Source: a virus
Virus record (IMG/VR): IMGVR_UViG_3300028920_000062
Location: 14,982-78,981 of that record
Strand: one strand, 5' to 3'
DNA length: 64,000 nt
Position 1 is the first letter of the stretch; the number at the start of each line of letters is the position of its first letter. The position numbers and the translations under genes were made by a program. Under the pieces are notes generated by a model. That model searched no databases, was not told the DNA's origin, and was given only the letters and a program-made list of their open reading frames with translations. This document shows positions 46,632 through 58,700 of this stretch, one piece after another.

Positions 46632-49600
46632 ATGGCTGACAAGTTCCGGCGCGTTATTCCCTTGAAGATTACTATGGCTGATGGGGAGCAACCAACTGCG
46701 CAAAAGATTACTGCTATTGGAGAGCAGGTAAGAGTTGGAATGAGTATTGTCGAGAGAGCTCTCGGTGATCTCTGGAATCAATCAGGAGATTCAGTACTTC
46801 TGAACACTCCGCTTCAGATTCCAAACCTGGCCCGCATCATCGGCCAGAACAAGGAGCTGAATCCCGCTCTGTTCCCTCCAGCTGAAGAGTTTCTCTATAC
46901 CGAGTACCTCGGCAGCAAGTTTGAAGGACTAACCGAAGGCCATCTCCTATTTCCTCCAAAGGACAGTGGCTGGTATTATGTAGCTAGTTCGGCTGGTGTA
47001 TTCTCTAGTGATGCTCAGCAGAAAACGACTGAGTCCGACGTTCAGTCAGCTGGAGATTGGTGGGTTGATACTACCACAGGTCGTTTCCGTGTATTCACGC
47101 CTCTGACCACATCTGACATCCTGGCATACTATGTAGAGCCAGATGCTGATTGGCAGAGAACCAACGAGGTTCTACCAGGTATCATTCCCGACCCACGTCA
47201 GGCAGACTTTGAGTACCTGCGTGTGTCTGAGCCTGTGGCTGGCACATATTATATCCACTTACCGCCACGTCGTCCCCTCTCGCTAACTAGCAGAGAAGCT
47301 CCCTATCGCTATCCACCAACAGGTGGTTCAGAGCAGACAGCTAATGAAGGGACTGGGACTTCAGCGCCATGGAAGTTCTGGCATGATAGCGGAGCGGCTT
47401 CAGCGGCTGAGCACTATCGCTATCAGTTCCCAAGGGAAATCCAGGATCAGTGGGGAAGCTACTCGAGTGGTGACCAGCTGCCTCTCGGATTCTTGTGGCT
47501 GTATGACACAGACACAGAAACTGTTATCGAGGATGCGCTATTCTATTATCCTGCCACCGGTGGTGGTACTGCAGACCCATGGGTCCTGGAGGTTCGTTCA
47601 GACACGTTTGACTTTAGTGCTTTAGTCTCGGCCGATGAGACAGAGACCAGTTATGACAGTAAGTTGGTGCTGATGACTGCTGGAGCTCCTATCTCCAGGA
47701 TCATTGCTAACCTAGTTGTGGCGAACGAGCTCCACAAACATGACGGCAGCTCTGTTTTGGATGCTCCTATTAGCCATGAGGACCTGATGGATATGGATCC
47801 TCCTACGGCTGCATATACCGAAGAGAGCCATGATTCGCAGTATCCTAGCTATCTTCCTCCGTGGGGCGGAAGCATGTGGGCTAAGGACAATCATATGTCT
47901 CTGCTTAGCCGTGCAGGCTCTCACGCGTCTACTCCGCGTGACCAGTACGACAATGCAATGCTGGGCGATCTAGTTCTGGCCAATGCAGATGAGACTGTCT
48001 CTGGCTTTGACTTCATCAATTCAGCACTTCCTGACAACTCATTCAAGTTAGCTTTTGGCTCTAATGCTGGTTCTTATATCAGGGGTACTCCTGGTGGCCA
48101 GATTCAGCTTTACTCTATTGAAAACGATGTGCTCAAGCTAACTAATGATGAGACTGTAGAAGAGTGGGATTTCACTCTCCAGTCCACTTCTGATCCAGAT
48201 GGCGCTCTGACGATTCATAGGTCTGCCAATAGTAAGAAATTTGCTCTTGGACAAGATGGAACTGTTTGGCTTGGAGAAGGTGCTCTTGGCGGTGAGGCTG
48301 CCGGCTTCTCTCCAACAGATTCTGCTTTAATTATCAAGACAAGTGACAGACCGGCCATTACCACTTGGGACACCGGGTCTTCTACAATAGGAGCTAGTTG
48401 GGCAACTTATTTTAGTGGAGATACCTATCTATCTTGTGCCAATGATTTTGACGACAACAATCGAACCGGTAACTTCTGGATGAACATTGGTGGTCATTCG
48501 GGGGTAAGACTGCGCTATGGAAGTATTGGTAGTAGTCCACAGAATAAGGGAACTGTGGGTCTTGAGCTAGATTCTACTGGTCTAGTTTCAACAGCGGGAG
48601 ACCTTGAGGTTGCTAGTGGACTAAATGTTGTAGGACAGTCTGTACTTGGTGACGACGTAGGAGATATCTCTACTGCTATTGGTGATAGTGATGTTCGTCT
48701 TGAAGTGCGTGGTGATGTAAATGATGTCATCTCTTCTCGTGTACACAATGTTAATACAGGAGGCCTTGCCAGCGCGGCTCTTCAGCTGATGGTAGATGAC
48801 GCTAGTCTTGCTGAGGTCTGGGCTGGTTCAAGTGCTTTTGAGGGTCTGGAAATTCGCTCAAATGTGCAGGGTGATCCCGTAACCCTTTGGACCGAAGAAT
48901 CGGGTGGAGGAGACAAGAAGAGTCTACACCTCGCTTCAAATGGTGATGTTGGCTTCAACCTAGCTGCTACAACAACTCCATCATATAAGTTCCACGTGGT
49001 TCAGGAAGAAGATGGGACTGAAATTCAGGTTGCTTTCTTTACTCCATCGATGCCAACTACTGCAGATCGAACTTATAGATTCGGTCAGGATACCAGTGAC
49101 TGCGCAACAATCGGTTTTTCTTCCACGACTACTACAGAGCATGCATTTCTTGCCAAGGGGGCAGGTGGTGCGTCAGACAATGCTCTTTATATAGATGTGC
49201 TTGGAAATGTAGGTATTGGCCTCAAGGATGCTGAGAATAAGCTAGAGGTTGATGGCAGTATCAATGTTCGTGGAGATGCGAACAGTCTAATTTTTTCGGC
49301 TGATCCTATTCCAAATCCTGGTAGCACCACTAAGGAGCATATCTGGTTCGAGTGGGCAGATACTGGTAGCTCGTCACAGCTTATAGTCAGAGGCCGATAT
49401 GATAATGGTGGCTGGACAAACGGTAACGCAATTGCGACCTTTAGGGGCGATGCTGGTTTGGACGGCCAATACAAGCTTCTTGCTAATGGTGGTCTACACT
49501 GCAACTGGTATTTCCGAGCAGCAAGTCTTGCTTACTTCGAAAGTAGCGTTCAGTTTGAAGACTTTATAAATGTCTATGATAAGCGCAGGACTAGCGGAGA

Positions 49601-50327
49601 AACCCTTGGATGGATCTATCGAATGAATAGCATAGATCCTCAAGCTATCGACAATTCAAGACTAGCATCTATTATGGAGGACTTCTTGGGGCCAACTACG
49701 ATTCAAGAGCCATTTGTTCTTTACAACAATGGGTCTGGAACACGCAGTAGATTGAATGAACCTAACGGAGTTATTCGTCTTGTGGCCGCAACAAGTATTA
49801 GCAGCTATGAAGAAATCCGCATAGGGGCAGGGACTAATGGTTTACAATACCTTCCCTTCAATCTGGATAAATGTCGACATGTAACCTTTAGAGTTAGAGC
49901 TCCAGTTGCGCCAACTAGTAATGCATATGGATGGGAAGTTGGAATTAAGAGCGCGGATGCAGCAGGTAGTGAATATACCGGAGGAAGACTGTACTTTTTT
50001 AACGGCCTTAGGACAACTGGAGCCTGGGACGATGTTCATATCCGTGATGGAGCTTCAGGAAATACAGACCTGGGCATTCAGTGGGGCACCACAACTTGGT
50101 GGGAGTTCCGTTTCGATCTGACTAGCGGAGCCTCTAGTGTTCGTCTGTATTATAGGACTGATACTGATACAACATGGACTCGTGTTTCTGGAACCTATTC
50201 TCTACCTGAAGTAGATGGTACACCAGATCCTCTGTTCTATACTCCATTTGTACGTGCTTGGGGTAGTGCTACAGCTGGAGGTACAGTGGATATCGATTTC
50301 GTTAAGGCCGTTTGGGAAAGAGACTAA
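46632..50327 (+). CDS. Tail fibre / receptor-binding protein
   Basis: N-terminal anchor, GNVGIG and KLEVDGSI beta repeats, and a C-terminal ConA/lectin-like domain (WWEFRFD...VDIDFVKA). Confidence 0.7.
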   Translation: MADKFRRVIPLKITMADGEQPTAQKITAIGEQVRVGMSIVERALGDLWNQSGDSVLLNTPLQIPNLARIIGQNKELNPALFPPAEEFLYTEYLGSKFEGLTEGHLLFPPKDSGWYYVASSAGVFSSDAQQKTTESDVQSAGDWWVDTTTGRFRVFTPLTTSDILAYYVEPDADWQRTNEVLPGIIPDPRQADFEYLRVSEPVAGTYYIHLPPRRPLSLTSREAPYRYPPTGGSEQTANEGTGTSAPWKFWHDSGAASAAEHYRYQFPREIQDQWGSYSSGDQLPLGFLWLYDTDTETVIEDALFYYPATGGGTADPWVLEVRSDTFDFSALVSADETETSYDSKLVLMTAGAPISRIIANLVVANELHKHDGSSVLDAPISHEDLMDMDPPTAAYTEESHDSQYPSYLPPWGGSMWAKDNHMSLLSRAGSHASTPRDQYDNAMLGDLVLANADETVSGFDFINSALPDNSFKLAFGSNAGSYIRGTPGGQIQLYSIENDVLKLTNDETVEEWDFTLQSTSDPDGALTIHRSANSKKFALGQDGTVWLGEGALGGEAAGFSPTDSALIIKTSDRPAITTWDTGSSTIGASWATYFSGDTYLSCANDFDDNNRTGNFWMNIGGHSGVRLRYGSIGSSPQNKGTVGLELDSTGLVSTAGDLEVASGLNVVGQSVLGDDVGDISTAIGDSDVRLEVRGDVNDVISSRVHNVNTGGLASAALQLMVDDASLAEVWAGSSAFEGLEIRSNVQGDPVTLWTEESGGGDKKSLHLASNGDVGFNLAATTTPSYKFHVVQEEDGTEIQVAFFTPSMPTTADRTYRFGQDTSDCATIGFSSTTTTEHAFLAKGAGGASDNALYIDVLGNVGIGLKDAENKLEVDGSINVRGDANSLIFSADPIPNPGSTTKEHIWFEWADTGSSSQLIVRGRYDNGGWTNGNAIATFRGDAGLDGQYKLLANGGLHCNWYFRAASLAYFESSVQFEDFINVYDKRRTSGETLGWIYRMNSIDPQAIDNSRLASIMEDFLGPTTIQEPFVLYNNGSGTRSRLNEPNGVIRLVAATSISSYEEIRIGAGTNGLQYLPFNLDKCRHVTFRVRAPVAPTSNAYGWEVGIKSADAAGSEYTGGRLYFFNGLRTTGAWDDVHIRDGASGNTDLGIQWGTTTWWEFRFDLTSGASSVRLYYRTDTDTTWTRVSGTYSLPEVDGTPDPLFYTPFVRAWGSATAGGTVDIDFVKAVWERD

Positions 50328-50337
50328 GGAGTAGATA

Positions 50338-52626
50338 GTGCCAGCAGGGATTACCTATTTAGGACACACATTTGATATTGAGAGTATCGAAGGAAAGAAA
50401 TACTTTGTTGATACCTCGCTAAATATTGTTAAGAGACGAGAAGAACTCTCTTATCATACCGGTGTTCCTAAGAATGCAGCCAACATTGCGTTTGTAGGGG
50501 CCACAGAAATAGATATGAGCACTAGCCTGTCTATTGCTAACCGCTCTACATCGCTAGTCGCAAATAGGCCGACTACAGCGGCTGTTACAACCATCTCGAG
50601 TGCTAAAACTTTTCAAATAGCTACAGAGCGTTTTTTGGTTACGGATGTCTTTAGTCAGACCATTGCAACCCTTGCTCCTACACCATTGTTTTACAAGCAT
50701 GTCCTGAGTGACGATAATCTCCGTCGAGTGGGCGGTGGAGACGAAAGTGTTCATCCAGACGTGAGGTTAGTAGAAGTAGAAATTCTTAACTCTTTTCAGG
50801 AATCAATTGGAGTTGCCGAGCTTTCTATCGACTATGACGAGGGAGTAATTTATAACAATCTTCTGTCTGAGTTTGCTTCAACTGGGGACTACACGATCTA
50901 TTATGTGAAGTACACAGTCAACGACAATGGTTCTGTTTATGTCTATATCGACCTGTTAGATAACCAGCCAGTTTACCGTTTAGCTCAGTTTGAGGACCTT
51001 ACTCCTTTGCTAACCATTAAGGAGGATGGTCGTAAAGTCTATTTGGTACAAGAAACTATTGGTGGCTATGAGGTGACTTTGCCTACCGTAGGAACTTATG
51101 CCTATAGAGCATCCGACAGTGCAACTATTGAGATTGTGGAACCAACAGGAAATGCCGCTGATGACCCTTGGTATATTCGGGTAACTGCAGGAGATTTTCT
51201 GACCAATGTGCAGGGGACTACTTACAGATACAGGATTGCTGAGTTCCTATCTCAGACATTCTCTCCGTATCCTCCCTTAAAGCAGGTGACATCAGAAGTT
51301 TCTGCTGTTTTATCTCAGACGTTAGTTAAGCTAGATAACTCTAATATTGTTGAATCTGATACAGATTTTCTTTATGTTTCTTTGTTAGTCAATGACGTAG
51401 ATGGTGAAGGTGTAGCAGCATTTACTACTGATCCGTCTCTTGCTTCGACTGTGGCATCTAATGGCCAGAGCTACAAGACGTGGAATACTACAACTAGATA
51501 CGGAATTAAGAGCATCGATCACAAGTCTGGCTTTATAGATATTGATGGTTTTGAATTCAAAGACACTTATGAAGTTGTTTCTACTTATTACTTCGAAGAG
51601 CAATTTTATGAGTTTACAGATATTAACTTCAATCCAATCAGTAACAGAGATATTGTTGCGCGGCGCATCTCTCTGTTCATTGATCCAGAGCTGACCACAA
51701 GCAGCAAGACTCAGACTTTATACTATTTAGCTATAGATGAGTCGGGCAAGGTTGTTGAGTCCAACTGGAGTGAATTCGATAATAATACCGAAACCTTTAG
51801 TGGATTAGATCTATACTATGAACTCAAGCCTGACTGGAAGACAGCTGGAGCTCATAACCTATTTGTACAAGATATGTCCGTAGAAGCTTCTGGCGTCTTT
51901 CTTATTTTGGGTGATGTTACAGTAGATGAAGGTCAAAGCGCAGATAATGTTACTATTTTGGATACCCGTATCCGTGGTGGTGGACTGGCTGAAGATACAT
52001 TTGAGAAAGCTCTCGAGATTCAGCCTGAAGCTAGATGGTTTGCAGATAACGGGAGATGGGATGGAACTCCTTATCCTAGAAATGCAACATATTTTGTAGA
52101 GTTGCCCGTTACTGTTTTGGATGGGGCAGGTGGGGTATTTAAGAGCAATGAAGTGCGCGATGTAATAAACCGACACACTGCAGCTGGAGTATATGCCGTA
52201 GTAAAAGCCTATGGAATTGAGATTGAGCTGCAGAAGCTACAGATTAGCGGTAATATCTATCTTTCCTGGTTGGGTAAAGGGCTAGACCTCGAGGCTGATG
52301 GAATTGATATCAAATACAATGTTTATTATGCGACACAAAGTAACGGCCCTTGGACCCTCTCTAATAGCACACCATTAGATCATGTCAGCGGCGGCGCTGA
52401 ACACACTGTTACTGGACTCAAATATGGTTCAGTCTATTATATCTCTATCGTAGGTGGTATCATACAAGACGGTGAATTTGTCCCGTTAATGACGCAACAT
52501 ATTAGACCTGGTTCACATAGCGCCTCTGGAATTTCTACTGCGCCTATGAATCCCCTGAAAGTTCGTATATTTATTCCTCAGATACCCGAGGATGCTAGTC
52601 TAAGCCACCAATTTCAGTATGCGTAA
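50338..52626 (+). CDS. Baseplate/tail protein with C-terminal FN3-like domain
   Basis: LDTRIRGGGL..WDGTPYP; C-terminal YNVYYAT..GPWT..HTVTGLKYGSVYYISI. Confidence 0.55.
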   Translation: MPAGITYLGHTFDIESIEGKKYFVDTSLNIVKRREELSYHTGVPKNAANIAFVGATEIDMSTSLSIANRSTSLVANRPTTAAVTTISSAKTFQIATERFLVTDVFSQTIATLAPTPLFYKHVLSDDNLRRVGGGDESVHPDVRLVEVEILNSFQESIGVAELSIDYDEGVIYNNLLSEFASTGDYTIYYVKYTVNDNGSVYVYIDLLDNQPVYRLAQFEDLTPLLTIKEDGRKVYLVQETIGGYEVTLPTVGTYAYRASDSATIEIVEPTGNAADDPWYIRVTAGDFLTNVQGTTYRYRIAEFLSQTFSPYPPLKQVTSEVSAVLSQTLVKLDNSNIVESDTDFLYVSLLVNDVDGEGVAAFTTDPSLASTVASNGQSYKTWNTTTRYGIKSIDHKSGFIDIDGFEFKDTYEVVSTYYFEEQFYEFTDINFNPISNRDIVARRISLFIDPELTTSSKTQTLYYLAIDESGKVVESNWSEFDNNTETFSGLDLYYELKPDWKTAGAHNLFVQDMSVEASGVFLILGDVTVDEGQSADNVTILDTRIRGGGLAEDTFEKALEIQPEARWFADNGRWDGTPYPRNATYFVELPVTVLDGAGGVFKSNEVRDVINRHTAAGVYAVVKAYGIEIELQKLQISGNIYLSWLGKGLDLEADGIDIKYNVYYATQSNGPWTLSNSTPLDHVSGGAEHTVTGLKYGSVYYISIVGGIIQDGEFVPLMTQHIRPGSHSASGISTAPMNPLKVRIFIPQIPEDASLSHQFQYA

Positions 52627-52636
52627 GGAGTAGCTG

Positions 52637-53179
52637 ATGGCCGTAAATATTACATGGAAAAGCCCGCCTGCTGGGACAACAGTAACTAGTGTAGATCATG
52701 GCAGCGGAGGAAATGGAAGTACTTTGACTGCTGTTGAAGTGGGCGTTTCGCATGATGGAAGTAATCCAATTACAAACTGTAAGTTCTATATAGGACAGAA
52801 GTCTGGAGTATATAGTGGCGGCTTTAGTGCAGTGGCTGATTTAGCAGAGCTTTTGAGCTGGGGAGACGCCTCAGTCGCAGCAGATTTTGGTGGCTTTCAA
52901 ATTAATATGAACCAGGTTGCTAGCTATCCAACTGCTAATTGGCCCACCGAAACAACAAAACAGCCTTCTTATGGAAGTGCTGTCTATACAGGTGTCGGAG
53001 ATTCTGCGGCCAATGGCATTCTACTCAAGACTACGATGGATTCTACGATGACCATGGATGGCATTATTCCAGCCTCAGTAGAGGCAAAGTTTAAATGCAG
53101 GATTCATATTCCGACAAATGCCATTAATCCAGGGATCAGACAGTTTGATCAGAAGCTGAGATATACATACACGTCGTAA
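52637..53179 (+). CDS. Small virion structural protein (putative)
   Basis: Strong RBS; Gly/Thr/Ser-rich, beta-type sequence. Confidence 0.45.
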   Translation: MAVNITWKSPPAGTTVTSVDHGSGGNGSTLTAVEVGVSHDGSNPITNCKFYIGQKSGVYSGGFSAVADLAELLSWGDASVAADFGGFQINMNQVASYPTANWPTETTKQPSYGSAVYTGVGDSAANGILLKTTMDSTMTMDGIIPASVEAKFKCRIHIPTNAINPGIRQFDQKLRYTYTS

Positions 53180-53189
53180 GGAGGTTGTC

Positions 53190-53633
53190 ATGAACGGCTG
53201 GACAAAGCACTTCTCTGATGGATCTACCATCTGTGGCGACGACAACGACAATTCGGCTTCTTGGAGCAAAACGAAATTGTCTGATATGTCTGCTGCTACT
53301 GTACATCACGATGGAATACACCTCTGCATCTCAGGCTATGGCGAGTATTGGCAATCAGATGACTTTGAATCTACTATGTTCCAAAATGGTCCTGGCAAGA
53401 TTGTAGCACGGCGTCTATGCTTTAAGATTGGCCCACAACATCGTTTTATTAGGCCGCTCAAAACTGAGCATTCCGTTATGTTAAAGATTATCGATGACTT
53501 CAGTATGTCTGAGCTCATGATTGCAGACAGGATAGATGCGATTCCCGTGGTTCGGATAGGCTCTTGGTTGGTTTTAGAATATGACCTAGAGTCAAAAACC
53601 ATACACTGGTACTACTCAGGAGCAAAAATCTAA
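53190..53633 (+). CDS. Hypothetical protein
   Basis: AAGGAGG RBS, TAATG-coupled to the next gene. Confidence 0.55.
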   Translation: MNGWTKHFSDGSTICGDDNDNSASWSKTKLSDMSAATVHHDGIHLCISGYGEYWQSDDFESTMFQNGPGKIVARRLCFKIGPQHRFIRPLKTEHSVMLKIIDDFSMSELMIADRIDAIPVVRIGSWLVLEYDLESKTIHWYYSGAKI

Positions 53634-55732
53634 TGGCTCAATATCTAGAGAAATTCAGAGGGACTATAGGAAAGAAGCAGGGAGAGCAGATAGTCAAGCT
53701 GCTCAATAAGAAGAAAAACGCTGGACAGATCCAGAGTGTAGATGAGTTTTCTCAGAGGCTCGAGGATTTAATCAGGGAGCTTACATCTACTGTCTTGACT
53801 CCTTCTCTGTCTTTGTTCGTTGGTCAGCGGGGAGATATTATTACCTCCGAGACATTCAATCACATGTTGGACAGAGTCCAAGACGACCTCGAGGCTGCCT
53901 TTGAAGTAGCCAACAACATAGATGAGGTTCAGCAGGCTCATGAAGCTATTATTCGGGACGTTGTTCTGAAGAATCTGCGTGCTGGTGTTGCTGAGCTAGA
54001 CGCTAAGATTTCCCTGTATGAGTTTATCAACCAAAATACTGAAGGTTTTGATTCTGCTATCTTTTCTACCTTTAGGGAATCTAAAGAAGAAAGAACCTCT
54101 CGGGGCGCTGGTAATGCTATTTTGTTTGCGGATAAAAGAAAGAAAGACTTTATTTCTTCTACACAAGACGCCGCGATTGAGGTAATTGGTGAACGCTTGA
54201 CCTTAGCAGATGGCAATACTGGTAGGGTTTATCATAATGTTAAGTCTATCCGCCAGATTTTTGATTCCGAGTCTCCACAGAGCGACAAGGTTGTAGAAAG
54301 ACCAGGCTCATCACTGTCTAATATCATAGACAATAAAAAGGGGACTTACTGGATTCAGACGCTTCTTTTTCCAGAAGAAACGCAGTATGCCAAGGTTAAA
54401 CTTGAGCTAGACCTAGGTGGTGTTCGAGAGTCCAATTTTATTGAGATTGAGCCAATCAGCCGCAAGGGCATTGTGCTAGAAAAGATTCAGTGTGTCGATA
54501 ATAACAATGTTGTCACTACTTTAGCGACCCCCAATCTCTCAGTGGAGAACCCGGTTGGAGTAAGGATAGCCAAGGTAGCAACAAGGCGCTTTATTCTCGT
54601 TTTCAGAAATGAGAATTCTCGAGTCGAGAACTTTGAGTTTACTGACCAGAATAGTCTGATTGACCAGGGCTTTCTCGAAAGAAGCGAGCGAGCCGAGTTT
54701 GTAGAGACTAAAAAGCTAAACAAGAACGTAACAATGAAAGCTCTATCTGATGAATTAGATGAGCTCGTTAGGTCTGCAGACGTTAAGGAAATTGCCTCTA
54801 TCTCTCCTCGACCTAAAGAGTCTTATTCTGGGACTGCATTCACAACTGGCTTTGACAATATTCATATAGGCATAGCCAATCATGCTGAGCGTAGTATCTA
54901 CGTATCTTCTCCTCTAGAGATTACAAAGCCTGCTCGAGTAGGGCTCAAAGCAGTAGAGTCTCGTCCTTACAGTAAGCCATATGCCACCGTTCCTGATACT
55001 TCTGTTAGGTTTACCGAGGATACTTATTTTGCTGATGATGATACCTATTTTTTGGGAAGCGTCGAATATTGGGTAGTTAAACAGGAACTTACAAAAGAAG
55101 GGGTTCTCTTGAGCACCTCAACTTTTCCTATTCTTCCTCTTGGAACAGAGAGAGTTTATCACGAACGGCTAGTACTTCATGAACGTTCAGATACCACTCT
55201 AACTGATAATGACATTGGTGAAACCATGTTCTATACGACCAAGATAGATGGCAATATTAAGGTCTATAGGAATGGTGAAGAAATTGCTAATGTTGATGGG
55301 GTAGCTGGAGCCAGCCAAGGTTGGCGTATGTATCCACAGCCCTCTGGTAGTGCAGCATATAGGATTCCTGGCGGTGGAGAACCAATGAGGTTCAGAATGC
55401 AGATTCTGGGAGTGCTGCGCGGTGACATATATACCATTAGCTATACTCCATCCGTGTCCAGTACTACTGTTATTCCTCGCCCTCCATATACAGAATTCAA
55501 TACGGTTGGAGGCCTTCAGATTGTGGACTTAGTAGGAGACCTTTCTACTAGACGTAATGCTGGTCAAGTAGTGGCAATAAGCGACCTAGGAAATAGTGAT
55601 AGCTCACAAAAAACAAGGATTTACTTAGTGATCATTTTACGACAGAATACTGCAGATTCGTCTCTAGCACCTGCTGTAGAAGAGTATACTTTGATGTCTG
55701 GAAATCAGAATTCCAGCAAATTTGAGGAGTAA
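53633..55732 (+). CDS. Baseplate protein, paralogue 1 (coiled coil plus jelly-roll domains)
   Basis: FN...DDL anchor, NIIDNKKGTYW..LELDLG discoidin-like domain, C-terminal LAPAVEEYTL. Confidence 0.55.
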   Translation: MAQYLEKFRGTIGKKQGEQIVKLLNKKKNAGQIQSVDEFSQRLEDLIRELTSTVLTPSLSLFVGQRGDIITSETFNHMLDRVQDDLEAAFEVANNIDEVQQAHEAIIRDVVLKNLRAGVAELDAKISLYEFINQNTEGFDSAIFSTFRESKEERTSRGAGNAILFADKRKKDFISSTQDAAIEVIGERLTLADGNTGRVYHNVKSIRQIFDSESPQSDKVVERPGSSLSNIIDNKKGTYWIQTLLFPEETQYAKVKLELDLGGVRESNFIEIEPISRKGIVLEKIQCVDNNNVVTTLATPNLSVENPVGVRIAKVATRRFILVFRNENSRVENFEFTDQNSLIDQGFLERSERAEFVETKKLNKNVTMKALSDELDELVRSADVKEIASISPRPKESYSGTAFTTGFDNIHIGIANHAERSIYVSSPLEITKPARVGLKAVESRPYSKPYATVPDTSVRFTEDTYFADDDTYFLGSVEYWVVKQELTKEGVLLSTSTFPILPLGTERVYHERLVLHERSDTTLTDNDIGETMFYTTKIDGNIKVYRNGEEIANVDGVAGASQGWRMYPQPSGSAAYRIPGGGEPMRFRMQILGVLRGDIYTISYTPSVSSTTVIPRPPYTEFNTVGGLQIVDLVGDLSTRRNAGQVVAISDLGNSDSSQKTRIYLVIILRQNTADSSLAPAVEEYTLMSGNQNSSKFEE

Positions 55733-55734
55733 GA

Positions 55735-58700
55735 ATGCCTGCAAACAAGTACCTTTTGTCTGATAAGAGCAAATTGCTCAGAACTAAGTTAGATAGACTT
55801 TCTCAGAAGCTGCAGGGCAGTCTTCAGTCTGATGAGCTCAGAACAAAAGAAGAGTATCTGTTTGAGGCAATTAAGGTCCTTCGGGGCTTCTATAAGACTC
55901 TAAGTGAACCACAGACAGAGATTCCTAATCCCAAGGTAGACAGCTATGCAGACTTTGACGATTATGATGAGGTCTGGAATCAGGTTTTGAACGATCTACT
56001 GATCGTGTTCTCTGAGCTGGAGAACATTGAGACCCTTACTATCTCGAACTTCAATTTTGCCATTACCGAGGCAAACAGACTAACGACTAGACTCAAGGCT
56101 GTTTCCTCAAAACTGGGTGACTACATCCTGTATTCGCTCAATGCGAATAAGGACGCTCTTTTCTTCAAAGATAGCTTCAATGATCTATCAAAGGTAGATA
56201 TCGGGACTAGCCTACTGAATGAAAAAGAATGTGAGGTTAATCAAGACGAGGGAATTGTCACCTTACCGCTGAACCGTGATGTAGACCCGACCGTTCTAAT
56301 AACGGCAACTCCTATTATAAATCCGAACTCTAATGGGGCAAATGGAAATAATCAGGAGGTTGGGGCTTCATACAACGGTAACATTAATGTTGTCTTAGAC
56401 AACAACCCCGATACCTGGTTTGAGTATGAGCGTGTAACCACTACTGTCTCTGACACCACCGAAGAGTTGGTCTTAGACGTGACTGTGAACCTAGGTGAGC
56501 CGACTATCGTGAATAGGGTTAGGGTGAACCCCAACAACTTTGGGACCAAGACTATTATCCAGATTGATGCAATTGATACGTCTCTGGATGGGCGGGTCTA
56601 TACGTCTATCAAGGATGATATTCCTATTGCTGGATTCACCACTGAGGACGAAGAGAATATCTTTACTCTAGCTCCATCTACCTCTAAGTACGCTGGCCAG
56701 GGTATCTACTCGTTTACTCCTCGTAAGGTCAAGTACATTCACTTCACCTTCAGGCAGCCAGAGCCTTACATAATTACCACACCAGCTGGAGAGCGCCTGC
56801 GCTACGCTATTGGAATCAGGGACATCGAGATACTTGGACTCAACTATCTGGACATAGGTGAGCTAGTCTCTGTCCCATTTGAAACCACTGAAGAAATCAG
56901 AAGAATCATTCTACAGGCAAACCAGAACCCTTCGGAACTCTCTGACTTGGTTGCTATTGACTACTCTGTCTCTCCTGATGACGGACAGACCTGGTATGAC
57001 ATCCGCCCTAAGGAGCTTGAAGGAATAGGAGGACTCGTTGGAGTCCCAGAGATCCTTGAGTTCAATGGTGCTTCCACTGATACGATAGAGACTTCTGTGC
57101 CCGTTAAGTCTCTTAGGCTCAAGATGAAGCTATCTAGGGATGACGAAAAGTTCCTAGAGGGTTCATCTTATGCTACAAAACATGTAGACACACGCACGGA
57201 AGTTCATAATATTCCTGCGGGTAGTCCATTTCAATTCACTCTCGAGCGTCCACCAGTAGATGGTTCTGTTGTTGTAGTTGATCCACTATATGGAAGCCGG
57301 GGGTTATCTGGTTTTCCGTATATTGTTGGCCATGCATACGATAGAATGGATCTTCAAACCTATCGTTTGCCCCTCAAGCTTCTTCCACGCCCGGTCGAGA
57401 AGGCTTTTGATGGAACTAAGTATTACCTTCGTTCAGTCCCAGTTGATGAATGGATGCATGTAGAGGTTGGTGGAGAGGAGTGGACACACGCCACAGATGC
57501 CTTGTCTACTTACAGTTCTAGCGATAAGGTCTACTCGTTCAATCCAAATAACGGTACCCTCAGGTTTGGAAACGGCACAACTGGAAAGAAGCCAGCAGAA
57601 AATGCCCCTATTGCTGTTTGGTTTGAAGATGAGCGTATCTTTCCATCAGTTACTGAGAACTCTCACGTAGCTAAGCTAGAGTTCCCTACCAGCAGCAATA
57701 AGAATGACTTTGATATCATTCGCTATGGTCAGGAGACTCAGCATACGCAGAAACTGCGCAGGAAAGCCACTGTGGTTCAGTTAGATCATGACAACATCTC
57801 TGATTATTCGGAGCTATCTGAATCTGCGTTTTTGGACTCGGGTGACCGTCAGGACTTCCTAAATGGCTATGAGGAGCTGACAGCCTCTGGACATTGGTCG
57901 ATTGATCCAGACAATGGCTTGCTTTATATGTTCACTCCAACTCCCGATAATCAAGACGTTACAGTGAGCTACAGGTATGTTCCTCGCTACACACTGCAAG
58001 AGTCAGAATGGGATTGGGCTAAGTCTGACATGCTTAGAGATAGTGTGGCTATCAAGGAATCTGCCTGGCAGACCCTTCCAATGGATTTCGAGGAGGTCTT
58101 CCTGGCGTCTGGTGTCAATGTGTTTGACCTTAGCAAGATGCACCTGGTCCAGGGAAGTATCAGTATCGAGCTCACTGATAGCGGTGATGCCGTAGATTCT
58201 GACCTCACTCCATTCCTTAAGGAAGTTCCGTTTGTTGATGGCAGTACCGAGCTAGGGACTTCTGTTACCAAGACTACCGAAGGGCTCGAGGATCATGATG
58301 GCTCAGGCCTGAAAGTCTATAGTCTTTCTGAGTCAGTAACTTCAAATGAGGATTATGTAGTAGCTTTCTCGAATTCAGGTCTGTTCCAGGCGGTAGACAC
58401 TACACCTAATAACGAGGGAGAGTACTATGTAAACCGGGCCACTGGGCAGGTTCTAGTATTCTCGAATATTGCTCAGAAGGCCGGTACTGTTACCTACTAC
58501 TACGATAACCCAAGCTATAATGACAACGGCTTGTTCTCGATTGACTATGAGAATGGCCGGATCTTTACACAGCGCTCAATACTATCTGCCGGATGGAGAC
58601 TTCTAGTCTCTTACCAGTACACCGACTACAGAGCCAGGTACAAGATCGCCAGGTTGCTGGATCCTGATGACTATGTAGTTGATATTACTAATAGTACTGT

